A stretch of 48,675 nt of DNA, taken from a virus (lineage: Duplodnaviria > Caudoviricetes). Below the pieces are notes generated by a model. The model ran no database searches. It was not told the DNA's origin and was given only the letters and a program-made list of their open reading frames with translations. Made by a program: the position numbers and the translations under genes. Location: the IMG/VR virus record IMGVR_UViG_3300030376_003143, positions 1 to 48,675 of that record, one strand, 5' to 3'. This document shows positions 8,002 to 18,597 of the stretch, one piece after another. The number at the start of each line of letters is the position of its first letter. The stretch's first letter is position 1.

Positions 8002-10214
8002 GTTACGAGCAAACGCTATATAGTATAATTGAGCCTATTAAGAAAACTACTATTAGTAGACTTAATAAAGGTAAAAAATGGAAGTACGGATATGACAAAG
8101 AGCACGATGTTGTTGTTGTATCTAAGACTGGTCAAATAGGTGAAATATACGAGATTCAGAATTTAAAAATAGCTCTACCAAAAGCGCCTAGCAATGTCTA
8201 CGCTAACGAAGAGCAGAAGTGGCGTAAAATAGAATACCCTAAGCCTTTAGAAAAAATAAAAAATATATTTGACTGGAGAGCTTATCCTGAAGAGCAAAAA
8301 GAACAATGGTACGATTATATAGATGAAGAATTCAAAAGAAGAGACGAAGGCTTCTGGTTTTGCAATGCTGGTGTTCCAACTTATCTTACGGGAGCTCACT
8401 ACATGTATCTCCAGTGGTCGAAAATAGACGTTGGTGCTCCAGACTTTCGTGAAGCTAATAGGTTATTTTTTATGTTTTGGGAAGCTTGTAAAGCTGACAA
8501 AAGATGTTACGGTATGTGTTATCTTAAAAATAGACGTTCCGGTTTTTCTTTTATGAGCTCTGCTGAAACCGTTAACTTAGCTACAATATCGAGTGATAGT
8601 AGATATGGAATACTATCCAAAAGTGGTGGTGATGCTAAAAAGATGTTTACTGACAAGGTTGTACCTATATCTATAAACTATCCTTTTTTCTTCAAGCCTA
8701 TTCAAGATGGTATGGATAGACCTAAGTCTGAGCTAGCATATCGTGTGCCAGCGAGTAAGTTTACTCGTAAAAAAATAGAGGTTAACGAACAGTTAGAAGA
8801 TATAAAAGGTCTAGACACTACGATTGACTGGAAGAACACTGGTGACAACAGTTATGATGGTGAGAAACTTTCTTTACTTGTTCACGATGAAAGTGGTAAG
8901 TGGGAAAGGCCTGACAATATACTTAACAACTGGCGAGTTACAAAGACTTGTCTTAGACTAGGTTCTAGAATAGTTGGTAAGTGTATGATGGGTTCAACAA
9001 GTAACGCTTTGGATAAAGGCGGTGATAATTTTAAAAAGTTATATCAAGATAGTGATGTAACGCAAAGAAATAGAAATGGTCAAACACGTTCTGGTTTATA
9101 CTCTCTGTTTATCCCAATGGAATGGAACTATGAAGGATTCATTGATGAATTTGGAAGCCCTGTCTTTAATACTCCCGGACGAGACGTTTATGGACCCGAC
9201 GGTGAATTGATAGACATAGGTATTATTGAGCACTGGGACAATGAGGCCGATGGACTAAAAGGAGATCAAGATGGTTTAAATGAATTTTACCGTCAGTTTC
9301 CTAGAACAGAAGAACACGCTTTTAGAGATGAGGCGAAAAACAGTATATTTAACTTAGTTAAGATATACGAACAAATAGATTACAATGAAGGCATTAGAAA
9401 TAGCTCTGTAGTTAACACAGGTAATTTCCAATGGGTGAACGGAGTAAAAGATACAAAGGTTGTTTTTTATCCAGATCCAAAAGGTAGGTTTAACATTAGT
9501 TGGGTGCCACCTGCAAACCTTCAGAATAGAGTTATAATAAAGAACGGAGTTAAATACCCGGGTAACGAGCACGTTGGTGCATTTGGGTGTGATAGCTACG
9601 ATATTAGTGGAACAGTGGACGGTAAAGGATCTAAAGGTGCTTTGCATGGTTTAACAAAGTTTTCAATGGAAGACGCTCCACCAAATCACATGTTCTTAGA
9701 ATATATTGCAAGACCACAAACCGCTGAAATATTTTTTGAAGACGTACTGATGGCATTAGTATTTTATGGTATGCCACTGCTCGCGGAAAATAACAAACCT
9801 AGACTACTTTACTATTTGAAACGTAGAGGATATAGAGGTTTCAGTATGAATAGACCAGATAAAATATGGAACAAGCTATCTGTAGCAGAAAAAGAAGTTG
9901 GTGGTATACCAAACTCTAGTGAGGACATAAAACAAGCTCACGCGGCTGCAATAGAGATGTACATACAAGACCACGTAGGACATTTAGGTGATGGTAACTA
10001 TGGTAACATATATTTTAACCAAACACTAAATGAGTGGAGTAGGTTTGATATAAACAAACGTACAAAGTTTGATGCCGCGATAAGTTCTGGTTTAGCTATA
10101 ATGGCTTGTAATAGACACTTGTATAGACCACACGGAGAAATTAAAAAACCAAAGTTAAACCTTAGCATATCCAGATATAGTAACACTGGTAACACATCAA
10201 AAATAATAAAATAA
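7998..10214 (+). CDS. terL: Terminase large subunit
   Basis: 738 aa; Walker A-like LKNRRSGFS, Walker B LLVHDESGKW, motif III GST, nuclease motifs FGCDSYD, LAENN and KFDAAIS. Confidence 0.9.
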   Translation: MSYEQTLYSIIEPIKKTTISRLNKGKKWKYGYDKEHDVVVVSKTGQIGEIYEIQNLKIALPKAPSNVYANEEQKWRKIEYPKPLEKIKNIFDWRAYPEEQKEQWYDYIDEEFKRRDEGFWFCNAGVPTYLTGAHYMYLQWSKIDVGAPDFREANRLFFMFWEACKADKRCYGMCYLKNRRSGFSFMSSAETVNLATISSDSRYGILSKSGGDAKKMFTDKVVPISINYPFFFKPIQDGMDRPKSELAYRVPASKFTRKKIEVNEQLEDIKGLDTTIDWKNTGDNSYDGEKLSLLVHDESGKWERPDNILNNWRVTKTCLRLGSRIVGKCMMGSTSNALDKGGDNFKKLYQDSDVTQRNRNGQTRSGLYSLFIPMEWNYEGFIDEFGSPVFNTPGRDVYGPDGELIDIGIIEHWDNEADGLKGDQDGLNEFYRQFPRTEEHAFRDEAKNSIFNLVKIYEQIDYNEGIRNSSVVNTGNFQWVNGVKDTKVVFYPDPKGRFNISWVPPANLQNRVIIKNGVKYPGNEHVGAFGCDSYDISGTVDGKGSKGALHGLTKFSMEDAPPNHMFLEYIARPQTAEIFFEDVLMALVFYGMPLLAENNKPRLLYYLKRRGYRGFSMNRPDKIWNKLSVAEKEVGGIPNSSEDIKQAHAAAIEMYIQDHVGHLGDGNYGNIYFNQTLNEWSRFDINKRTKFDAAISSGLAIMACNRHLYRPHGEIKKPKLNLSISRYSNTGNTSKIIK

Positions 10215-10218
10215 AAAT

Positions 10219-12636
10219 ATGGCAGAGTCTGTTGTAAGTAATTATTTTCCAAGTCAAGTCGTTAGCGACGCAGAAAAAATAAGCTATGATTATGGTTTAA
10301 AGGTAGCTAAAGCTATCGAATCAGAATGGTTTAACGACAATAGTGGTAGTCACAGATACGAAGACTATCAAAACGATTTTCACAAGCTAAGGCTGTACGC
10401 TAGAGGTGAACAATCAATAAAAAAATACAAAGACGAGCTTTCTATAAACGGTGATCTATCATATTTAAACTTAGACTGGACGCCAGTGCCAATCATACCA
10501 AAGTTTGTGGATATTGTAGTTAACGGTATAGCAGAACGCGTATATGATATTAAAGCGTACTCGCAAGACCCTAACGGCGTTGCTAAAAGAACAGAGTATA
10601 TGGAAAGCATACTTGGCGACATGGCGGCTAGAGAAATGAATGACTTTGCCGCTGAAGAGTTTGGCATGAACTTGTATGAGAACGACCCTGAAACCTTACC
10701 ACAAACACAAGAAGAACTAGAGCTTCACATGCAGCTAACGTATAAGCAAGCTGTAGAAATAGCTGAAGAGCAAGCTATAAAAGTTTTAATGCAGGGTAGC
10801 AACTATGATTTAATTAAAAAGCAGTTTTTCTACGACCTTACAGTGTTAGGTATTGGCGCGGTAAAAACTAGTTTTAACACTTCTGAAGGTGTAGTTGTAG
10901 ACTATGTTGATCCCGCTGACTTAGTTTACTCTTATACAGAGTCGCCATACTTTGATGATATATACTATGTTGGTGAAGTTAAAGAAATACCTATAAACGA
11001 ATTAGTTAAGCAGTTTCCTCACTTAGAGCAATCTGACTTAGAAGAAATACAGCAAGCTGGAGTAAATACTTCTTCAAATAGAAATAAAAGTAGAGGCTAC
11101 AGCCGAGAAGATAATAACAAAGTTCAAGTTTTGTATTTTAACTACAAGACTTACATGAACGAGGTTTATAAAATAAAAGAAACAGGTAGTGGTGCTGATA
11201 AAGCTATAGAGAAAGATGATAACTTTAATCCACCTGAAGACGTTGAAAACTTTTCTAAACTACAAAGATCAATAGAGTGTTTATACGAAGGTGCCATGGT
11301 TTTAGGTACAGACAAACTTCTTAAGTGGGAGATGTCTAAAAACATGATGAGACCTAAGAGTGACTTTACTAAAGTTAAGATGAACTATAGTATTGTAGCA
11401 CCTAGAATGTACAAAGGTAGAATAGAGTCTTTAGTTAAACGTATTACAGGTTTTGCTGATATGATACAGCTTACACACTTGAAGTTACAGCAAGTAATGT
11501 CTAAGATGGTTCCAGACGGCGTTTATCTTGATGCAGATGGTTTAGCTGAAATAGACTTAGGTAATGGAACAAACTACAGTCCACAAGAAGCTTTAAACAT
11601 GTTCTTCCAAACAGGTAGTGTTATTGGACGAAGCTTCACTTCTGAAGGCGATATGAACCCAGGTAAAGTACCTATTCAAGAAATTACATCTGGATCTGGC
11701 GGTAACAAGATACAAGCGCTAATAGGTAATTACAACTATTACTTGCAAATGATACGCGATACGACCGGACTTAACGAAGCTAGAGACGGTAGTACGCCTG
11801 ACGAAAGAGCTTTAGTTGGTGTTCAAAAAATGGCTGCGGCTAATTCAAACACTGCAACTAGACATATATTAAACTCTGGTTTATATTTAACAACTGAGGT
11901 TGCAGAGCAACTATCACTTAGAATATCTGACATTATAGAGTATTCGCCAACTAAGGATGCTTTTATCCAAAGTATTGGTGTGCACAATGTAGCTACGTTA
12001 GAAGAAATGTCTAACTTACACTTATATGACTTTGGTATATTCTTAGATTTAGCGCCAGACGAAGAAGAGCAAGCTAAGTTAGAAAACAATATACAGCAAG
12101 CTTTAGCTCAACAAACCATAGATTTAGAAGACGTTATTGATTTAAGAGAGATAAAGAACATCAAGCTTGCCAATCAACTTCTTAAGATACGTAGAAAGAA
12201 GAAAATGCAAAGAGATCAGCAAATACAACAGCAAAACATTCAGGCTCAGTCTCAGGCTAACATACAGCAGCAACAAGCTTCTGCTCAAATGGAAGTGCAA
12301 AAACAACAAGCTCTTAAGCAAGCTGAAGCTCAGCTAGCGCAAATGCAAGCACAGCTTGATGCTCAGAAACTACAAGCAGAATCTGTTATTAAAGAAAGGC
12401 TTATGGCACAAGAGTTTCAGTATAACATGCAGCTAAGAGCTATGGATAACCAAACGCTGGTGAATAGAGAAAAAGAAAAAGAAGATCGTAAAGATAATAG
12501 AACTAAGATCCAAGCTACACAACAATCAGAGCTTATAGATCAAAGAAAATCAGGTAAACCACCTAAAAACTTTGAGTCATCAGGTAATGATACAATTGGA
12601 AGTGGATTTAATCTAGGAGCATACGAACCTAAATAA
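10219..12636 (+). CDS. Portal protein
   Basis: 805 aa between terL and scaffold/MCP; PIIPKFVDIVVNG motif; Gln-rich C-terminal coiled coil like a P22-type portal barrel. Confidence 0.85.
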   Translation: MAESVVSNYFPSQVVSDAEKISYDYGLKVAKAIESEWFNDNSGSHRYEDYQNDFHKLRLYARGEQSIKKYKDELSINGDLSYLNLDWTPVPIIPKFVDIVVNGIAERVYDIKAYSQDPNGVAKRTEYMESILGDMAAREMNDFAAEEFGMNLYENDPETLPQTQEELELHMQLTYKQAVEIAEEQAIKVLMQGSNYDLIKKQFFYDLTVLGIGAVKTSFNTSEGVVVDYVDPADLVYSYTESPYFDDIYYVGEVKEIPINELVKQFPHLEQSDLEEIQQAGVNTSSNRNKSRGYSREDNNKVQVLYFNYKTYMNEVYKIKETGSGADKAIEKDDNFNPPEDVENFSKLQRSIECLYEGAMVLGTDKLLKWEMSKNMMRPKSDFTKVKMNYSIVAPRMYKGRIESLVKRITGFADMIQLTHLKLQQVMSKMVPDGVYLDADGLAEIDLGNGTNYSPQEALNMFFQTGSVIGRSFTSEGDMNPGKVPIQEITSGSGGNKIQALIGNYNYYLQMIRDTTGLNEARDGSTPDERALVGVQKMAAANSNTATRHILNSGLYLTTEVAEQLSLRISDIIEYSPTKDAFIQSIGVHNVATLEEMSNLHLYDFGIFLDLAPDEEEQAKLENNIQQALAQQTIDLEDVIDLREIKNIKLANQLLKIRRKKKMQRDQQIQQQNIQAQSQANIQQQQASAQMEVQKQQALKQAEAQLAQMQAQLDAQKLQAESVIKERLMAQEFQYNMQLRAMDNQTLVNREKEKEDRKDNRTKIQATQQSELIDQRKSGKPPKNFESSGNDTIGSGFNLGAYEPK

Positions 12637-12659
12637 ATTACTAATTTATATTTTATATT

Positions 12660-13853
12660 ATGGAAGAAAATGAAAACGTAGTTGAAGAAACTACACAAGA
12701 GCAACCCGTAGAAAAGGTTGAAGAGAGTAAATTTAATTCTGCTGACGATGATAGCGTTTTTAAAGTAGATTTAAGTAAACCACCAACAGAACCTAGCGAT
12801 GAGCAAGACCAAGTTGAAAATGACGGAACTGACGAGTCAGGAGTGGTTGGAAGCGATGAAGCTACCGAGCCCGCACCGGAACAAGAAGAAGTACAGGCGG
12901 AAAGCGAAACACAAGAAAGCCCAGTACTAGAAGAAATTACCGATGAAGAGCCGAACGAGGCTTTGAAAGAGTTGGTTGATGAAGTAGAAGAAGCTGTAGA
13001 AGAAGCTGCCGCTACTGGCCAACCACTACCAGAAAATATTCAAAAGTTAGTTGACTTTATGAATGACACTGGCGGTACACTAGAAGACTATGTTAACTTA
13101 AACAGAGATTACTCTGGTTTAGATAACTTAACTCTTCTAAGAGAATATTATAAGCAAACTAAACCTCATCTAAACGCAGAAGAAATAGACTTTATGATGG
13201 AAGATCAATTTTCTTTTGACGAGGAAATGGATGAGGATAGAGATATAAAAAGAAAGAAATTAGCTTTGAAGGAGCAAGTTGCTCAGGCAAAGAACCACTT
13301 GGAGAGTGTAAAATCCAACTACTATGATGAAATTAAAAATGGCTCAAGGTTAACAACAGAACAACAGAAGGCTATTAATTTTTTCAACAGGTATAACAAG
13401 GAGTCGGAAGAGTCCAAAAAAGTAGCTGAAAAGCGACTCAGTACTTTTAAACAAAAAACTGATAATCTTTTCAACGACAAGTTCAAAGGTTTTGAATACA
13501 ACGTCGGTGATAAAAAGTATAGGTTTAATGTTAAGAACAAAGAGTCGGTTAAAGAAACACAGAGCGATATTAACAACTTCATCAAAAAGTTTTTGAACGA
13601 AGACAATACAATCTCTGACGCTAAAGGTTATCATAAATCTTTATATACAGCTATGAACCCAGATGCTATAGCACAGCATTTTTACGAGCAAGGCAAAGCT
13701 GACGCTCTAAAAGATAGTGTTGCTAAATCTAAAAACGTTAGCATGAATCCTCGCCAAGAACACGGTGGAGAGATTGAGGCTGGCGGAGTAAAGGTTAGAG
13801 TAGTGGGTGAAAATTCTTCTGATTTTAAGTTTAAAATTAATAAACGAAAATAA
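12660..13853 (+). CDS. Putative capsid scaffolding protein
   Basis: Very acidic low-complexity N-terminus and helical remainder; lies between portal and MCP. Confidence 0.65.
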   Translation: MEENENVVEETTQEQPVEKVEESKFNSADDDSVFKVDLSKPPTEPSDEQDQVENDGTDESGVVGSDEATEPAPEQEEVQAESETQESPVLEEITDEEPNEALKELVDEVEEAVEEAAATGQPLPENIQKLVDFMNDTGGTLEDYVNLNRDYSGLDNLTLLREYYKQTKPHLNAEEIDFMMEDQFSFDEEMDEDRDIKRKKLALKEQVAQAKNHLESVKSNYYDEIKNGSRLTTEQQKAINFFNRYNKESEESKKVAEKRLSTFKQKTDNLFNDKFKGFEYNVGDKKYRFNVKNKESVKETQSDINNFIKKFLNEDNTISDAKGYHKSLYTAMNPDAIAQHFYEQGKADALKDSVAKSKNVSMNPRQEHGGEIEAGGVKVRVVGENSSDFKFKINKRK

Positions 13854-13882
13854 ATTATTAACCCATTTAAAATAAATTAAAA

Positions 13883-15319
13883 ATGGCAATTTCAAGTTTT
13901 ACTCCTGCCGGTAAGGACTATACTCAAAAAGTTATCGGTTCAGGAAATTATTTAGACATCCAAGACAACGGATGGGCACAGCAATATCTTCCAGACTTAG
14001 TGGCTGAAGAAGCTGAGGTTTTCGGTAAAAGAACTATCTCAGGATTCTTAGGTCAAGTAAGTGCTGAAGAAGCTATGTCAGCTGATCAAGTTATTTGGTC
14101 AGAGCAAGGTAGATTACACTTAGCGTACGAATGTACTATGACTGACGTTACTGCTAGTACTATCGCAATCTCTAAAACTATGGACGGTGTAGCTCAAACT
14201 ACAGATCACGGTGTTAGAGTTGGTGATATGGTATTAATCGCTGGTGGTGGCCAAACTGTTACTGCTCGTGTAAGCGTTGCTGCTGCAGGTTCTGCCGCTA
14301 TTACAGTTGCTCCTTACGGTTATGCACACTTAACTAACGCTGGTTTTGTTGATGGTGATGACACTTGTAAGTTATTAGTTTTCGGTTCTGAATTCGGAAA
14401 AGGAACTAACAACCAAACAAGAGCTAACGAGCCTGTTTTCCAAACTTACACTAACAAGCCAATCATCATCAAAGACATGTACGAAGTATCTGGATCTGAT
14501 GCTGCTCAAATTGGTTGGGTTGAAGTTTCTGGTGAAGACGGACAAAACGGTTACTACTGGTACTTAAAAGCTGCTGGTGACACTAAAGCTCGTTTCAACG
14601 ACTACTTAGAAATGGTATGTATCGAAGCTGAAAAGACAGCTGCTGCATCTACTATTGATCTTGGTGGTGGTGATACAGGCGCTGATTTAGGTGGTACTGA
14701 AGGTCTTTTCAAGGCTATTACATCTCGTGGTCACCAATCATCTGGTGTTACTGGTGTTAACGCTGCTACTGACTTAGCTGAGTTTGACGCGTTATTAGCT
14801 GCGTTTGATGAAAACGGTGCTATTGAAGAAAACATGATGTTCGTAAACAGAGCTACGTCTCTTGCTATCGACGATATGTTAGCTTCAATGAACTCTTACG
14901 GTGCTGGTGGTACTTCTTACGGAGTATTCGACAACTCTGAAGATATGGCATTAAACTTAGGTTTCTCTGGTTTCCGTAGAGGTTCTTATGACTTCTATAA
15001 GTCTGACTGGAAATACTTAAACGATAAGCAAACTAGAGGCGGTATCAATGCTGCTGCAACTGGTGGTGAAGCTATTCGTGGTGTTGTTATCCCAGCTGGT
15101 GTATCTAATGTGTACGATCAAGGTTTAGGTAAAAACCTTAAGCGTCCATTCTTACACGTACGTTACCGTGCTTCTAACATGGAAAGCAGAAAGAACAAAT
15201 CTTGGGTTACAGGATCTGTTGGAGCTGTTACTTCTGACTTAGATGCAATGACAATGAACTTCTTATCTGAAAGATGTATGATTGTTCAAGGTGCAAACAA
15301 CTTCTGCTTATTTAACTAA
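13883..15319 (+). CDS. Major capsid protein
   Basis: 478 aa; position after scaffold; strongly biased codons (GCT/GGT/TTC/AAC) suggesting high expression; followed by a strong terminator. Confidence 0.85.
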   Translation: MAISSFTPAGKDYTQKVIGSGNYLDIQDNGWAQQYLPDLVAEEAEVFGKRTISGFLGQVSAEEAMSADQVIWSEQGRLHLAYECTMTDVTASTIAISKTMDGVAQTTDHGVRVGDMVLIAGGGQTVTARVSVAAAGSAAITVAPYGYAHLTNAGFVDGDDTCKLLVFGSEFGKGTNNQTRANEPVFQTYTNKPIIIKDMYEVSGSDAAQIGWVEVSGEDGQNGYYWYLKAAGDTKARFNDYLEMVCIEAEKTAAASTIDLGGGDTGADLGGTEGLFKAITSRGHQSSGVTGVNAATDLAEFDALLAAFDENGAIEENMMFVNRATSLAIDDMLASMNSYGAGGTSYGVFDNSEDMALNLGFSGFRRGSYDFYKSDWKYLNDKQTRGGINAAATGGEAIRGVVIPAGVSNVYDQGLGKNLKRPFLHVRYRASNMESRKNKSWVTGSVGAVTSDLDAMTMNFLSERCMIVQGANNFCLFN

Positions 15320-15333
15320 GCATTTGTATTAAT

Positions 15334-15369
15334 AGAGGGGAGGATAATCTCCTCCTCTCTTTTTTTTTT
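15334..15369 (+). terminator. Intrinsic terminator after MCP
   Basis: AGAGGGGAGGA-TAATC-TCCTCCTCTCT stem (one G:U pair) followed by a run of 9 T. Confidence 0.85.
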
Positions 15370-15389
15370 AATTATTATTATATTATATC

Positions 15390-16232
15390 ATGGCAAAAAA
15401 ACAAACAAAAAAAGCTGAGGTAGAACAGCCAGAAATAAAAGCTACAAATGAAATGAAACCAATTACTGTTGAGGTAAAAGAAAAACCTTTACCAACGCCA
15501 GTAAAAGATACTTGGGAAATAAAAGATAGATTTTATTTACTTAAAGGCAACGACAAGCCGCTAAGTAAATTAATTAAAGGTTGTGACATATACTATTTTG
15601 ACGAAGAGTTAGGTTATGAAAGAGAGTTAAAGTATTGCTCTAACCAAAAGACAGCTTTTGTTGATGAAATGAAAGGTGATCAAAGGCTAGAGCATATTAT
15701 ATTTAGAAACGGTATTTTAAACGTTCCTAAAAATAAAACTATACTTCAAAAGCTTTTATCTTTATATCACCCGCAGAGAGATAAGATTTTCTACGAACAC
15801 AAGCCCGCTGCTATTGCTAGCAACGAGGTTGAGATGATAGAAATAGAAATCGAAGCACTAAACGCAGCTCAAGGCTTAGATATTGACATGGCTGAAGCTG
15901 TAATGCGTGTAGAGCTTGGCTCTAAAGTGTCTAAGATGAGTTCTAAGGAGCTTAAAAGAGATTTACTATTATATGCTAAAAGAAATCCTATTTTATTCTT
16001 AGAACTAGTAAACGATGACAACGTTCAGCTTAGAAACTTTGGTATCAGAGCAACTGAACTTGGAATTATAAAATTATCATCAGATCAAAGAACCTTTAGT
16101 TGGGGATCTAACGATAGAAAACTAATGACAGTTCCGTTTGATGAGCACCCATATTCTGCTTTAGCCGCATGGTTTAAAACAGATGAAGGTATGGAGATAT
16201 ACTCCAACATAGAAAAGCGATTAAACGCGTAA
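15390..16232 (+). CDS. Morphogenesis-region protein downstream of MCP, function unknown
   Basis: 280-aa ORF with an AT-rich leader; position equivalent to the conserved post-MCP gene of crAss-like modules. Confidence 0.6.
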   Translation: MAKKQTKKAEVEQPEIKATNEMKPITVEVKEKPLPTPVKDTWEIKDRFYLLKGNDKPLSKLIKGCDIYYFDEELGYERELKYCSNQKTAFVDEMKGDQRLEHIIFRNGILNVPKNKTILQKLLSLYHPQRDKIFYEHKPAAIASNEVEMIEIEIEALNAAQGLDIDMAEAVMRVELGSKVSKMSSKELKRDLLLYAKRNPILFLELVNDDNVQLRNFGIRATELGIIKLSSDQRTFSWGSNDRKLMTVPFDEHPYSALAAWFKTDEGMEIYSNIEKRLNA

Positions 16233-16238
16233 TCATCC

Positions 16239-16280
16239 TATAGTAGAGCAGCCACTCTTCGGGGTGGTTGCTTAACTATA
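16239..16280 (+). other. Stable intergenic stem-loop with C(UUCG)G tetraloop and no U-tract
   Basis: TATAGT-AG-AGCAGCCACTC-TTCG-GGGTGGTTGCT-TA-ACTATA; the G:U pairs work on the plus strand. Confidence 0.7.
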
Positions 16281-16293
16281 AAAATAAAACATA

Positions 16294-17019
16294 ATGGCGG
16301 AACAACTTGCAAACGTAGATACTGTCTACCAGACGGTGTTAGCATTAGCTAACAAAGAACAAAGAGGTTATATTACACCTCAAGAGTTTAACCTATTCGC
16401 CAGACAGGCTCAGATGGAAATATTTGAGCAATACTTTTACGATTTAGATCAAGTTAAGAGAGGTGTTCAAACGACTAGCTCTAGCTTTTCGCCCAACTTA
16501 AAGCAAATTTTAGAAGACTATTTGTCTAAGTTTATAGCAACTGCTAATCTGCCTACTCCAGCAGCCACTTTGCCTTCTGATCATTACAAGTGCTCTTCAG
16601 CAATGCTTATAGCTGATGGAGACAGGTATAATATAGAAAAAATCAATAGAGCTGATAGCTTAAAAATTACTAGCAGTGGTTATTTAACAAAGCCAAATGT
16701 AAGAAGGCCAAACTACTATGTGGCTGGCAATACGTTTTACTTAATGGCAAGCATTGAAGAAAGCTACGCTACAAATCACGTTGTTTCTTACTCTTACTTT
16801 AGAAAGCCTACTGATCCTAACTGGACATATTTAGTCGTTAATGAAAAAGCTATATGGGCGCCTAACAATTCTACTCGACATTTTGAATTAGACAAGGCTG
16901 AAGAAAGAACTTTGATTTTAAAAATACTACAGCTCGCAGGAGTATCTACAAAAGAGCTTACGCTAACTCAAGTGGCGGGTCAAGCCGATGCTAACACGAC
17001 CGCTCAACAAAAACAATAA
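16294..17019 (+). CDS. Putative head-tail adaptor / tail ring protein
   Basis: 241 aa; LANKEQRGYITPQEFNLFARQAQ and YFRKPTDPNW motifs; first gene of the tail cluster. Confidence 0.6.
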   Translation: MAEQLANVDTVYQTVLALANKEQRGYITPQEFNLFARQAQMEIFEQYFYDLDQVKRGVQTTSSSFSPNLKQILEDYLSKFIATANLPTPAATLPSDHYKCSSAMLIADGDRYNIEKINRADSLKITSSGYLTKPNVRRPNYYVAGNTFYLMASIEESYATNHVVSYSYFRKPTDPNWTYLVVNEKAIWAPNNSTRHFELDKAEERTLILKILQLAGVSTKELTLTQVAGQADANTTAQQKQ

Positions 17020-17022
17020 AAA

Positions 17023-18594
17023 ATGGGATATTTATACGGTAAAACAGACTTAAGCTATTACGAAGGCTCAGAGCACGGTGACTATCAGTTTTGTTCTTTA
17101 GATGATATTATAGAGCAATTTATGGTTGTTTATGTTGGTGATGAAAAACTAATAACTAATGTTAGTAGAACAGACGTACAGTTTCACGCGTATAGAGCTT
17201 TAGCTGAACTTTCTTTTGATACTTTTAAATCTGTAAAAGCTCAACAAATAGAAGTGCCGCCAAGCTTAACTATGATATTACCTAAAGACTATGTCAACTA
17301 TACAAAACTTAGTTGGGTTGACTCTTCTGGTATTAAACATCCTTTATATCCTACAAAAGACACTTCAAATCCATTTGAAATAAAACAAAACTCAGATGGT
17401 ACTTATGAGTTTCCAAGTCAATCAGATCTTTTTCAAAACGCAAGTTTTACAGACGGCTTAGATGGCTGGACAAAAAGCCCACAAGTAGTAAGAGCTGTCG
17501 CTATTGGTGGAGTTACAACTAGCGTTTCTATAGACGCTTCTGTAGAAAATCCAGTTGTAAAGTTTCAAACACACGCTTCAAAAGGATCTTCTAATGGTAA
17601 TCCTTCCTTTGGTTATTGTACGTATATATACCAAGAAGTAGACGCTACAGATCTTGGCGCTATATCATTTGGAGCTACAGCAACTACTAACGCTACTTCA
17701 AGTATTACTATTACAGAAGCTGAAGCTGCTGCTGCTGGTACAAACTACGGTACTGCTGGAACTTTCACTAAACCTGGTAGTACAGTTAGAGTTGGGCTTT
17801 CTACTCAACTACCTTCTGATGACATAGCTATGCAAAACTACGTTTGGCAAGGCGTTCAGTACAAGTCCCCTACTACAAACGCTAATCCAAACTATTTTGA
17901 CTTAGGCTACATAGAGTGGACACAAGGCGAAAGCGGTCTTAAGAATTACGAAGGAGAACTTATAGATTTAACAAATGCTACTGGCTCAGTGTATTTAGTT
18001 GCCTTAAGTATTATCGATCACACGGATCTTGACGTTACGGCCTACAACAGTAGTTTATTGTTTGATACGGCAACCGTAGATGATATAGCAATATCTAACC
18101 TTAGCGTTAAGCCTTCTTTAACAGAAGTAGATCCTGGTGTTTCTTCAACTTTTAAAAACTATAAAGCTAACACGCCTCACGAAAATCAAACTGAGGATTA
18201 CGAAGATGATACATATTGGCCTCAGCAAGGTGAGAGATACGGCCTTGAACCAACAAGAGCTCAAATAAACGGATCTTACTACATAGACAACAGAATGGGC
18301 AAAATAAACTTTAGCTCTAACATTGCGGGAAAAACTGTGATATTAGATTATATAAGTGATAGCCTTGGCACTGACGGCGAGATGAAAGTACATAAGTTTG
18401 CTGAAGACGCAATGTACAAATGGATAACCCACTCGGTGTTATCGAGCAGAATAAACATACCTGAGTATATAGTTCAGCGTGCTAAAAGAGAGAAGTTTGC
18501 TGCGACTAGACAGGCAAAGCTAAGACTATCAAACATTAAGTTAGAGGAGATTACTCAAATACTTAGAGGTAAGTCTAAGCAAATAAAACACTAG
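17023..18594 (+). CDS. Putative tail tubular/ring protein with an inserted beta-sandwich domain
   Basis: Core-like ends (LPKDYVNYTKLSW; INFSS...ILDYISD...AKLRLSNIK) flank a T/S/G-rich insert starting LFQNASF..GW. Confidence 0.6.
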   Translation: MGYLYGKTDLSYYEGSEHGDYQFCSLDDIIEQFMVVYVGDEKLITNVSRTDVQFHAYRALAELSFDTFKSVKAQQIEVPPSLTMILPKDYVNYTKLSWVDSSGIKHPLYPTKDTSNPFEIKQNSDGTYEFPSQSDLFQNASFTDGLDGWTKSPQVVRAVAIGGVTTSVSIDASVENPVVKFQTHASKGSSNGNPSFGYCTYIYQEVDATDLGAISFGATATTNATSSITITEAEAAAAGTNYGTAGTFTKPGSTVRVGLSTQLPSDDIAMQNYVWQGVQYKSPTTNANPNYFDLGYIEWTQGESGLKNYEGELIDLTNATGSVYLVALSIIDHTDLDVTAYNSSLLFDTATVDDIAISNLSVKPSLTEVDPGVSSTFKNYKANTPHENQTEDYEDDTYWPQQGERYGLEPTRAQINGSYYIDNRMGKINFSSNIAGKTVILDYISDSLGTDGEMKVHKFAEDAMYKWITHSVLSSRINIPEYIVQRAKREKFAATRQAKLRLSNIKLEEITQILRGKSKQIKH

Positions 18595-18597
18595 TAG

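Noticed and set aside
12200-12430. Gln-rich low-complexity stretch as a separate repeat element
   Set aside because: Explained by the portal C-terminal coiled-coil barrel
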